Assembly (NCBI GenBank): GCA_038496445.1
Contig: JALMLS010000268.1
Coordinates: forward strand, 1-64,000
Reading direction: 5' to 3'
DNA: 64,000 nt
Source of the DNA: Trichosphaerium sp. ATCC 40318
Lineage: Eukaryota; Protista; Tubulinea
A program made the position numbers and the translations under genes. Below, in pieces: positions 1 through 10,007 of this stretch. Position 1 is the first letter of the stretch. Each line of letters starts with the position of its first letter. The notes under the pieces were generated by a model. It did not search any database and was not told where the DNA came from. It saw nothing but the letters and a program-made list of their open reading frames with translations.

Positions 1-786
1 TTCAAATGTGTGAATGTTTTTTAACGAAAAAACTACAAAAAAAGGTGTAATGGTTTTCTAGTCAAGAACTCTACAAACAATATATCCTCGTTTCAATTGG
101 GACACTAGAAGATTCATGTACCTTTAAACAATCATTAACTATTTCTAATTGACGCCTAGCAACGCTCCACAGAGATTCTGGCATGAAGAAGATAGTACTA
201 GTTTTCTTGATGAAGCAGAAGTAGCACTAGGTATTGACTCTCCGTATGATTGGTACGTTTTCTTTTGTTTTTTTCTTTTGGCCATCTTAATGGCCATAGG
301 TCTTTCTTGTCGCACTGCTAATGTTTAAGTATTCGTTTTACTTTATTTTTATAAAGCAGTGAAAATTTTATTTTTGGTGCTCTTCTAGAGTGCCAGTTTT
401 GGACGTTGTACAAGGTTTCAGCACCTAGGAAAAATTTATTTTATTACACAGGCCCTGTCACAATGCCGTTTCCATTCGCATGTTTTCTCTTTTTGACTCC
501 AACAGTCGAGTGTTTTATTTTTGTTTGAATGTAATGGTTTTTGATTTAACTACTGCCTACAGGCATTTTGTTGCCTCTAAGCATCTTGTTGATATTGGAG
601 GTGGTAGTATAATGCCAATACTACCACATGTACTTCAAAAGAGATATCCTGGCGTAGAATGGGAATTAGATAAATTTAGAAGCTCAAAAAAGGCGCAAAA
701 GTACACAACATTCTGAAAATACCGAATTTGGTTAACGATTATACGCTAGGAGTCTTGTACGACGTACAAAAACACTTGTAGGATAG
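1..786 (+). CDS. 3' part of a spliced gene of the amoebozoan-type 'YP..W...F...P..FW......F.D.....L.I....DW' repeat family; function unknown
   Basis: Manual splicing gives ...LQTIYPRFNWDTRRFINAPQRFWHEEDSTSFLDEAEVALGIDSPYDW|HFVASKHLVDIGGGSIMPILPHVLQKRYPGVEWELDKFRSSKKAQK|SLVRRTKTLVG* using GT-AG introns; the 5' end lies outside the window. Confidence 0.6.
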
Positions 787-1006
787 TAAGAAAAACAATC
801 AAAAACATTTTTTTAAAACTCGAACTTGTTCGTTTTGTGAGCCCATTTTCTTTTAAAAAAACGCTTTTATTCTCATCGTACATGATTGCTTTTGAAAATA
901 CGCGAATGTACCGTTTTGTAGAGTTCAGGTGAAAAAACACAAAAACATAATTACGCCGAGACCTTTTTTAGTTAACGCGTAGTGTACACAAAAGAACAAA
1001 GGGGCT

Positions 1007-1733
1007 ATGTGCGCTATGCTTAGTAGTAGTGCAAGTAGTGAAGGGCTGCAAGTAAAGAGAAAGAAAAAGCACTCGTATCGTAAAAGCAACGGTAGCAGTA
1101 GAAGCTTCACTCCAAAGCTTAGTAAGAAGCTTGCACGATCACAAAGCGATAATGCTTATCATTTGGATCATGAAAAACTCTCGAGAGTTGTAGACCGTAT
1201 GGATCGATTAGAAGCAGAATTAAGGAAATACAAACGAGAAATGACCATATGAAAGCTAAACTAAAGCAATATAGAAGTATCTTGTAGAGTAAAGTGGGTT
1301 AGGTTTATTATACACGACTCAGGTATACACGCGTACAGGATCATTTAAAACTTACATTCGTATTTGTACCAGCGAAAAACACAGTTTTTCATTTCCTTTT
1401 CTAGTTCACGATCTTATTACGTTATAGGGTTGTCCTGAAAGCAACAGTGGTAAACCAAGGCGTGTGATCAAGATTTTGGGGTCTGATGGTGTAGATGTAG
1501 TGACATACGAGAAACTAACGTTTAGTTCAAACCACTACGTTGTTTACTGGCGTCATTCATTCGCTGATCGCAAATACATGACCATAGGGTCTGGTGAAGA
1601 AAATATATACTTTGAATACCATACACCTGGTATGCTTGTATTCGAGATATTTCGTAAAAAGCATGACGGAGAAGACGAAAGAATGGATCCAGACAAGTTT
1701 GCTGGACCTGTCACAATTTTTGCGTATCGGTAA
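1007..1733 (+). CDS. Hypothetical protein (basic/coiled-coil N-terminus); gene model uncertain
   Basis: ORFs 1007-1252 and 1464-1733 look coding and have a GT-AG intron between them, but cannot be joined without a frameshift. Confidence 0.3.
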
Positions 1734-2096
1734 GCATTTTGCGTATCGACAGGCGTACTAGTGCAGGTACACTACAAAAAAAAATACCCCTTTGTAAGTA
1801 GTAAAAAGATGTTGCACAAGCAGTTGCACAAAACACTAAAGCGGGTTGGATTGTTTTTTAAACGTACATCAAAAAAAAACGGAATTGAGTTTTCGCTAAT
1901 TTCTTTTGCGTATTTTTTCAGTTTTAGCGGTTTCACCTAGATAAACTCAGAATTTAGAATGTAGTTTTACCCTTTGACACGTACGAATGTCAGTTATAGC
2001 ACGTGAACATTTGACATGCATTGAAAAACGTTAAATGTACTTATTTATCTCCAAGTTACTACTCAGTGTAGAATCATCTCGTTTTTGTAGTGCGTA

Positions 2097-2979
2097 ATGG
2101 TATTTTTTACAGCCAGCGATTTTGTCAAAAGAAGTACAAGTCGGGATTGCCTTAATCGCAATCTTTTCAAGTTATACAGCGTCAGTATCTCTTTCTAATG
2201 TATTACGATATCAACCGTGTATATCTCCTTGGAGAAAGGCAATTGTTGTAGTGCTATTACGTTTTTGGTGCGTTGGCGTCTAAATCCGTAGATACCACGT
2301 GATTAATGCTGCTCATAGGCAATTCTTGGCCTGCAGTTTGGTTTTGGTATTTTATCGCAAGTCAAGGAGAAGGCACGTGATATACATAGCTTTCTCGTAT
2401 TAAAGATGCTTGTAGTTTATATAGGGTTATTTGTTCTTTGTGTCTTTTACTTCTCCGCAGCTGGGTTAGGTATTGCCGCGACAAGATGGGAATCGGTGAC
2501 TCTTACAGTCTTAGTACGTTTAACGTTGTTTTTGTGTTCTAAAGAGAAGATCTTTTGCTGCTCTTTGAAGGCATAACGCTAACGCGATTTTGTTGTAGTA
2601 TATCGTTGTGTTATGTATTGGAGGCATTGGTATCTTTGCACAGTCATTGCTCGGAGTCCTTGGTATTACAGAATTAACAACCTACTGTGAACGCGGTATG
2701 CCTTTCTTTCCGATATCTAAACGTGTTACCTGACTAACGACAATTCAAGACAAAAAGTTCTTTCGCACATTGGCAATAGCATCGTTATTCTTTGTTGTGT
2801 TCTGTTGTGTACGCTCACATTTATTTTATTAATTTGGTAGTGACTTTTGTTGTATCTAGGCTGCTTGCGTAGCTACTGCAGCAAGGTATTGTTGTTTGAT
2901 TTCTAGAAAAAAGAAGTCCTTTCTATTAGCCACAGGTGTTAAAGTCGTAGAAGAGGACGTTGAGCTTGAAGATGTGTAA
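2097..2979 (+). CDS. Hypothetical multi-pass membrane protein
   Basis: Spliced hydrophobic exons (LFVLCVFYFSAAGLGIAATRWESVTLTVL; YIVVLCIGGIGIFAQSLLGVLGITELTTYCER; FFRTLAIASLFFVVFCC) ending ...VEEDVELEDV* at 2979; start approximate. Confidence 0.5.
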
Positions 2980-3713
2980 AACAAACCGATTTACCTTTGC
3001 TCAATCACGACTTTGTTTTCTTATTGTTTACTAACCAAAGGTGTACATGTTTGCACACAAAAACACAAAGGGAAAGGGTATACAATCATAGTGATAGCTG
3101 CAGTACAGATTTGTCTAAGTACATGTGTGGTAAAGCAATGTGTTGAGGGTGACAGTTAATACGTGCTGTTTGGGACACCCTTTTATTTGTACCTAAACTG
3201 TGTGCTAAAAGCGGTATGTATGTCTAATTTTATCACTGGTGTGGTTTTTATCGTTTTGCACAACAAGCTCGTTGGTGGTGGTGTCAGAGGAGGTGGTGAT
3301 GGTGGGGTTGGTTTTGTTGTTTGTTTTTTTTTCGTTCAATCAAGTGTTCCAAAAAACCACACTTGGTTGTCAGAGAGGTGGTGGGCAACCATGCTTTTTT
3401 TATTTGTTTTTTGAAACTGGTTGTAGAGCGAGCATGTGGGGGAGGGGTTCAAAAACAAAAAACAAGAAAAAAAAAAAGTACTTTAAAAACATTGCGTTGA
3501 GGTGTTTGTCTCAAAAAAAAAAGGGGTGGAATAATGACAAAAGGCAAAGGGGTGGTTGTTACACAAATGATGTACAAAAAAAATAAAAAGAAATGAAAAA
3601 ATGGAAAAATTTCAAAAGTGACGAAAACTGAAAAAAAGTTCCAAAAAGAAGCTGATTTGCGCTATACAGACGTTATAGGATGATACAAGTGAAATATGTA
3701 CAAATATATAACA

Positions 3714-3784
3714 GCGCCGGTGGTGTAGGGGTATCATATGTCCTTGCCATGGATGTGACCCGGGTTCAAATCCCGGCCGGTGCA
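3714..3784 (+). tRNA. tRNA-Gly(GCC)
   Basis: Acceptor stem GCGCCGG/CCGGTGC+A, anticodon arm ATGTCC-TTGCCAT-GGATGT, T arm CCGGG-TTCAAAT-CCCGG; T5 Pol III terminator at about 3792-3796. Confidence 0.95.
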
Positions 3785-4000
3785 ACTCAACTTTTTGCAA
3801 TTGCACATGCCACACACAACATGCTACAAATATTATTTTGCCTCTACAGTGTGCCCATGACCATAGCCTACATGCACAAACCTTTAATTTGGCGTTGCAT
3901 GATTTTGTAATGGCGTGACACTTGTGTGAAGCACTCCCCATATTTTTTACATTTTTTCAAAAAAACTCAAATTTCTGTGATTTCTGTGATTTTTCGAGCG

Positions 4001-4037
4001 GGGGTATCGCATGTCCTTGCCGTGGATGTGCTCCGGG
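4001..4037 (+). pseudogene. Partial tRNA-Gly copy (D-loop end, anticodon arm, 5' T-stem)
   Basis: GGGGTATCGCATGTCCTTGCCGTGGATGTGCTCCGGG matches tRNA 3728-3764 at 32 of 37 positions. Confidence 0.85.
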
Positions 4038-4412
4038 CACATTTTTTTTTTTTAATCGTTTTACCCCTCCCACCACCACCACCACAACAAGCACACCAAC
4101 ACCCCTCTTGCCACCTTTACACCTAAAAAAAAAAAAAAAAAAACTCCCCAAAAGGTATGTATATATTTAAATCCCATGTACTTCAAACCAGTAAACCACA
4201 ACGCGGCCGGGAAGAAAATTCTGATTTGTTTTAAAGCGGAGTAGGCAATATTGGTAACGTACGTGCGTTGCGGTTCGTTTACGGCAATTACAACATAAAA
4301 TTGTACCACACGCTCGCGTTAAATTGTGAGTCCTGAAGCGAGTAGCTGACACTTGGCTGTTCACTATTTTTTATTTATTTTGTACATTTGTGCTTACAGA
4401 AAATTTACACCG

Positions 4413-7400
4413 TCAGTCTGCTCTAGCCGCTACACCTAATTTTTCTAATCTGTCCAATATATCATTGAATGTAGGTCGGTTAGCAGGTTCTTCCTGCCAG
4501 CAATCTACAGCAAACTCAGAATCAAACATCAAGCACTACCACAGCTGTACCTTCCATCAATTTTTGATAATCTGGATTGCAGTGTTGCGGGATAGTTGGT
4601 CTAGCTCCCTGTGGCCATAGTCAAAGGCAAGGTGTGTGCTCACAATAACGTACTTGTGTACCCACCGCAAAAATCACTTGAAATGGTGGCATGCCGGAAA
4701 AAGGATCAGAACGCGAGACCATCTCCCACAATACAATAGCAAAAGAATAAACATCAGCGCTCTCAGTGTATCGGTTGTTACGCAAAATTTCAGGAGCTTA
4801 ACGAAGTAAGACAATGATTGTACAATATTCGCACCTGTCCAGCATGGTGTGCCACACGCTGTCATGGTAGTTGATTGCCTTTCGCCATAAATCCTACTAA
4901 GGCCAAAATCGCATACTTTTACTTTGTAGTTCTCATCAACAAGTAGATTGTGTCTACGCAGAAGTATTACGGTAAGAAAAACACACGCGGCTTACGTTTT
5001 AAGATCTCGGTGTATAATTACAGGGTTTGAATTGTGCAAGTAGGCCATGCCTTTAAATGTAAGTTGGATGGAGAAACCAAGTGGAATACCTCTAGCTGTG
5101 TCTATCATCATTCTCTTTATTAAATGCATTTCAAGAGAGAAAGTTTTATCGTGAATAATCCGATACAAACTACCCAAAGGCATAAACTCCATTACGATAC
5201 CTATCAGACATAAACGAGGGAAAAATTAGCTGCACGTACAAATGTCGGGTGGATCTGTACAGGCGCCAAGAAATTGTAGTATATTAGGGTGACGAAGAGA
5301 TCTAAGAAATATGGGTAAGAATACACACCGCAATAAAACGCACTTCATTATCATCGCTTCTCGAGAGAACTCACGAAAAAATTCTTCTGTCAATTTGTGC
5401 GCAGGTAACTTCTTTACAGCTACAATAGTTTTGCGCCATTCGCCTTTAAAAACTTCTCCAAAACTTCCTTTACCTATGATGAAATGTTACATTAATAAAT
5501 CAATAAACTGGTGTGCCTATTTTATGCAATAGCTTTATCTCAGTGCTGTTTATCTGTTTTACAAAATTTGCGAACTCTGGGTATCGCGGATCGCTACTGG
5601 AGGAACCTACATAACAATTAACATTAACTAGTAAGAAAGCACCATTACCTGCTGGAATAAAACTCTCTTGCTCAGCGCTGCCTTGGAATTGGGCATTGCG
5701 CTCTAAGCGCAACCTACACGCTTGCCACAACACTATTACACTGACAAACAGTATTATAGACACTAGTGTGATAAGCACAAAACGACAAGATGATCTCTGT
5801 ACCTGTGACAATAATCCACACATAAATAGTAATGCCGCCACGTTTGACTTGAAATTGTAGCGAATTCGAATACTGCTGGCCGTTGTTTGAAACATAAATC
5901 GGAATGCTTTTCTCTGTTATATTTAAGTTATCGCCCATAAAAATACAAATAATTCTCGTGCTATTCCTACATGTGTTGTGAGAGGAGAGATACAGAAAAA
6001 GCATGACGAAATTTTGGAAATGTACTAGTAAAAATCTGCGTACAATACTATTGTCTCTACTGAGTCACCATTTACGTAACAAACTGTCTCTAAAACGATG
6101 GTTTCGTTGTCTTGCGTAATATTACTTGAGAGAAAACCTGTTCCCCTAACTTTTTGTGAGCACCTAAATGCGGTCGAAAAATTAGCGATAGGTTTGCAAC
6201 GTACGTAACAGTTATACGAAGTTCTTTGTTAGGATGCCCAGATGGAGGCGATAAAGATATAATTTGTGCTTCATCTACAAGATAAGAAGGTTAGTGATAA
6301 CCTGAGCATCGATTTGTACCATAATACGCGAACTCAAAAGAGTAATTGTAGTCGAAGCTTGAACCAAAAGTGGCACTATTGGTAGGTCTGCATCACCAAT
6401 AGGGGCTTCGAACTTTGGAGTAACACAAGAAAATGTGTTCGCATTTACAAACGTTGCTATGCTTGGTTTGACTCCCGCAATGACACTAACTAAATGTAAG
6501 CACGTGCGTTTTAAGAATAGCATATGCGCACCAATAGACGTAGTCTTCAACCCACTGCTTATCAAAGAACCTCCCATGTATGTACACTATAGTACCACCT
6601 TTTTTTGGACCAGCGAGCGGCGTGGCACTTTCCAAGCAAGGCAAGGCTGTTTGAGGAAAAATTATTTTTTTGATTTCTTTGCTGACAATACGCACGTTGT
6701 AAATATGTCATATTCAACTGAACGCTGGAGATGCAGTAGTATGACAAGCATTCTTGTTGTGGGACATGAGATAGCGTCAACGTATTGTTTTCTCCCACTT
6801 TATAATCCAACCAGCCCTGTGGAGGCTGCTTGGTTGAAGAAATTACTGAAAAGGTGTTTGTGCAGCTCGCTAAGGATGTCAATAAAATGTAATTAAAATA
6901 TGGTACAAACAGTCATTAAATAGCGTCTGAGCGCAACAGCGCATGGTTTTAGAGTAAAATAATACAAAAAAAAAACGTTAGAAATTTCGTACAGCAATTA
7001 CAGCCATGTCTGTATGGTAGAGGTGGTACGCCATAGTATATAAGTCCACCGCCAAGAAGGAAAATAACAGAAGCTGGACAACGTTCTGAGCATGAAAGTG
7101 CGCCATGAACTGTCGCATTTACCTATTAAAGTAAATACAAGCTTTTCTTTGTGTCATACTTGAATTAATAGGTAACCCTGTTCCATTGGATCAATAAACG
7201 TTAATTGGCCGTCGAAATCGGGTATACACCCTGAATATGGCATCCACGTTTGATCAGACTGGCATTGGCCTCTACTACATTCTGCTTCTTTAAGAGCGAC
7301 CGGAATTGTCACTTGTCTTGTCTCTGTCTTACGGGTATCAGCACCACGTATGTTGTTTTGGGTATTACATGAAGGTAAAGTCTGCTGCGTTGAAAGTACT

Positions 7401-7432
7401 ACAATAAGCAATATCAATGCCGCTAGGCGCAT
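4413..7432 (-). CDS. Receptor-type tyrosine-kinase-like (TKL) kinase with signal peptide, IPT/TIG domain and TM helix (Dictyostelium DrkA/VSK-like)
   Basis: Signal peptide MRLAALILLIVV; TIG-like PLAGPKKGGTIVYIHG; TM segment about 5720-5840; kinase motifs GKGSFGEV, IIHRDLK, DFG, TACGTPCW, CWQEEPANRPTF; many short introns. Confidence 0.9.
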
Positions 7433-7549
7433 AGAGAATGGCGTACTGCCGCTCTGTATTCAAAAGGCTTGTTACTTAAAGTAGACAGTTTATTTAAGCT
7501 GTCGCGAAATCTTGCGATATTTATTAGGTAGGTGTCTGTCATACTTACA

Positions 7550-8381
7550 AAACCGTAAGTGCCTTCAAAGGCTTACCAAGGAAACGGGTATTGCCCGTCC
7601 AATGCCTGTTTTAAATAGCCTGGCCAACGAATTTTGCCTTTATCTTTATCACACAAATAGTTGAAGTACCGACCTTTTATCCGAAAGAAGAAGTGATGAT
7701 TGTTTTCCTTTATGAATTGCATGTTGTTCAGAGGTATCTTTTCGCCCTTTGTCCCTAGATAGATACTGAGACACTGTTAGAAGGAGATTTATGCTGTGTA
7801 CCCCACCACCTGTATGTTGACACTTCAATGTTCTTCTTGTTAACCAGCACAATTCTGGATACGAAGCGACACCCGTAAACGTACCTACCCGTCAATAGAG
7901 TACCAGCGGCAAAGGCACAGCTACAAGTGTCAGTTGCACAACGCATAACATGTTGCCTAGGGCGTACGCTAATGGAACTGTGACACGGTGGTAAGAGTTT
8001 CTATCAGTAAGCATCGCCCTGGCATACATATCCGCCGTGTTTGCTAGAAATAAAAGAGATAGACCTGCTCCGACCTGTTGCGGCGTCAAAACGATAAAAT
8101 AACGCGTTTGCATACAGTGAGTGTATTAAAGAAGGCAGATTGGTCAGTTTGAAATAAAATGACGTCTTCGACCTTGTGTTGCGTTCTCTTTATTTTTTTG
8201 AGCGTCTACACAGGATTTAGACAATTTTGAGTGTAACTTTAGTTTACTTGTCTTGTTGAGTGGTAAAAACTACAATGCGTTAATATTCGAGTCAGTATAA
8301 CTTCAAATACCTTCGTTGTAGCTTAATTCGTGATTGGCGTTGAATATTTGACACGCAGTGCGCGCTTACAAGGCCTATCAT
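7550..8381 (-). CDS. TMEM223/TMEM70-like mitochondrial inner-membrane protein; 3' end approximate
   Basis: Manual splicing gives MIGLLQRSFYHSTRQTLKK...DVILFQTDQSAFFNTLTVGAGLSLLFLANTADM...RFVSRIVLVNKKNIEVSTYRWWG: presequence-like N-terminus, two TM segments, and an R.V..I.L...V.T motif recalled from TMEM223. Confidence 0.5.
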
Positions 8382-8495
8382 ATTAGACAAGCATCGTGCG
8401 ACTACTTCAGTTGTCAATCTACACTACAAAATACGAATACAGTCGTGCTGTGTCAAAATACTGTTTTACATTTTTATTGTTAATTACTGTACATT

Positions 8496-9038
8496 TTATA
8501 GGATCGCTTCTGTTGTAGTGCGAAATACGTCACTGGCCACACAGTATTGGTTTGAATTTGTGGAATCTTGTATCAATACAAAAGTTTGGCTGAATTGATG
8601 AACACCAGCGCCATACTCTACTACTCCACTAACGGCTACCATAACCTCGCCTAATGCCAAGTAAGCATTAATTTAAAAACCAACAGCGAGCTAGCAACCT
8701 GCTCTTATGGGTTGTGCGTCTATGGACTGGACTCTATGCTTAGAAGCTGGTAATTCTTTCCACCAATTGCTAATTTCGTTTAACCCGTGTAAACTCCTTC
8801 CATTCCAAACCACTACGCGACATTAGCGTAATCTACTCTTTAGACGCACCTGAAGTAGCTTCCTTGTAGATATTTATTAATTGCTACACCAGAATTAGTC
8901 TTGTAGTCTCTTTTGTTGTTGTACCGCTCTTTTGGCTGAATCAAAGTACTTGTAAAAGTAATCCAGGACGAAAGTCTCGCCACGCCTTGCGTAGCTCGCT
9001 ATATCTTCTGGTGACAGCACTCTCCTCATTCCAAGCAT
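8496..9038 (-). CDS. NXT1: NTF2-related export protein (NXT1/p15)
   Basis: Spliced translation ...GETFVLDYFYKYFDSAKRAQLINIYKEATSVVWNGRSLHGLNEISNWWKELPASKHRVQSIDAQPI...VAVSGVVEY...FSQTFVL...VASDVFR carries the NXT signatures VWNG, LP.S.H, DAQP and SD.FR; three GT-AG introns. Confidence 0.88.
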
Positions 9039-9110
9039 TTGTAACAGATGTGCCTTATGATAGTTAAGCTACGAAGGTTTTGGGCCAAAGTTTTGGTACA
9101 ACGAACCACA

Positions 9111-9896
9111 ATGAGCACAGTATCTCCTTACGACATAAAGTATCTACTAAAAGAGGTTTGTAGTTGCTTTTTTGTTCCTTGTGCTTAGTACGCGTTACTA
9201 GGCTAAGATTCTCGGTGAATCAACTGGTGTACACATATGCTTGTTCGTGACGAGGGAAGGAAGAGTACGTATATCATAGCGCAGTGTAATTGCATTTTAA
9301 CGTTTATAAGTTGCACTCCTATGTCACAAGGAAGTTTTTACCGCTAGTACAAGATTATGCAAGTAAAGTTATGATTGCAAAACTATTAAAGTCTACCCTA
9401 CGTGGCGGCTTGGTACAAGGTACGTTACTCGTATGCAGCATAATCCGACAGCGCTTAGATGCCACTGATCAACCAATACCGGAAGACGAAGAAGCAGTTG
9501 CAGAGTTTATCAAAGATAGAACAGCTAGGCTAGCGAAATTCCAAACTTCACTACAAGCAATTAAAACGCGAGTAAGTCATTTACTCGGCATCCGGTGGTA
9601 TTTACTGTATCGTAGTTAACGCCAAGAATTAAACCAAGTCACCCAAATGGAGAAGAAGCATTATTGATTGTGGCTGCTCCAGGTGGTCAGATATTCAGGT
9701 AAGACAAATAAAGTATTTCGACGTCTTATAGTATTCCAGAGTGAGTTCTCCTGCTTTTGAACCTATGGTTGGCACACAGGAAGGTCAAAAGATGTTCCAA
9801 GCACTCCTATCAGCTCCCGATGATCACGAATACAAGCCTGCAATAACACCTAATCCAATTGAACATCTACACAAGAACTTTGATAAGCCAATTTAA
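9111..9896 (+). CDS. Protein with two tandem degenerate SRF/Mcm1-type MADS domains (189 aa)
   Basis: Exons 9111-9155, 9202-9264, 9311-9419, 9459-9571, 9616-9698 and 9740-9896 (all GT-AG) give a continuous 570-nt frame; both halves align by eye to the SRF/Mcm1 core. Confidence 0.75.
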
Positions 9897-10007
9897 ATGG
9901 TACCTTGTACAATAAACCCAAACATTTTGTGTTATAAAATGGAGCCACAGTTTACAGAAGCTGTCGTTCAGAGTGAGAATGTAAACATACTTATTGAAAC
10001 CTCACAT

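Larger units (their letters stand above)
3245..4227 (+). repeat. ~1-kb tRNA-Gly-containing repeat unit, left arm of an inverted repeat
   Basis: Reverse complement of 13159-14148; the differences I see are confined to homopolymer/low-complexity runs. Confidence 0.97.

Noticed and set aside
3271-3312. GGT-rich tract as a telomeric repeat
   Set aside because: Irregular, short and internal, with no fixed repeat unit.
3163-4364. Cluster of overlapping ORFs in the left repeat arm (and mirror ORFs at 13034-14300)
   Set aside because: They are low-complexity translations of homopolymers, GGT/CCA runs and the tRNA; frames differ between the two copies because of homopolymer indels.
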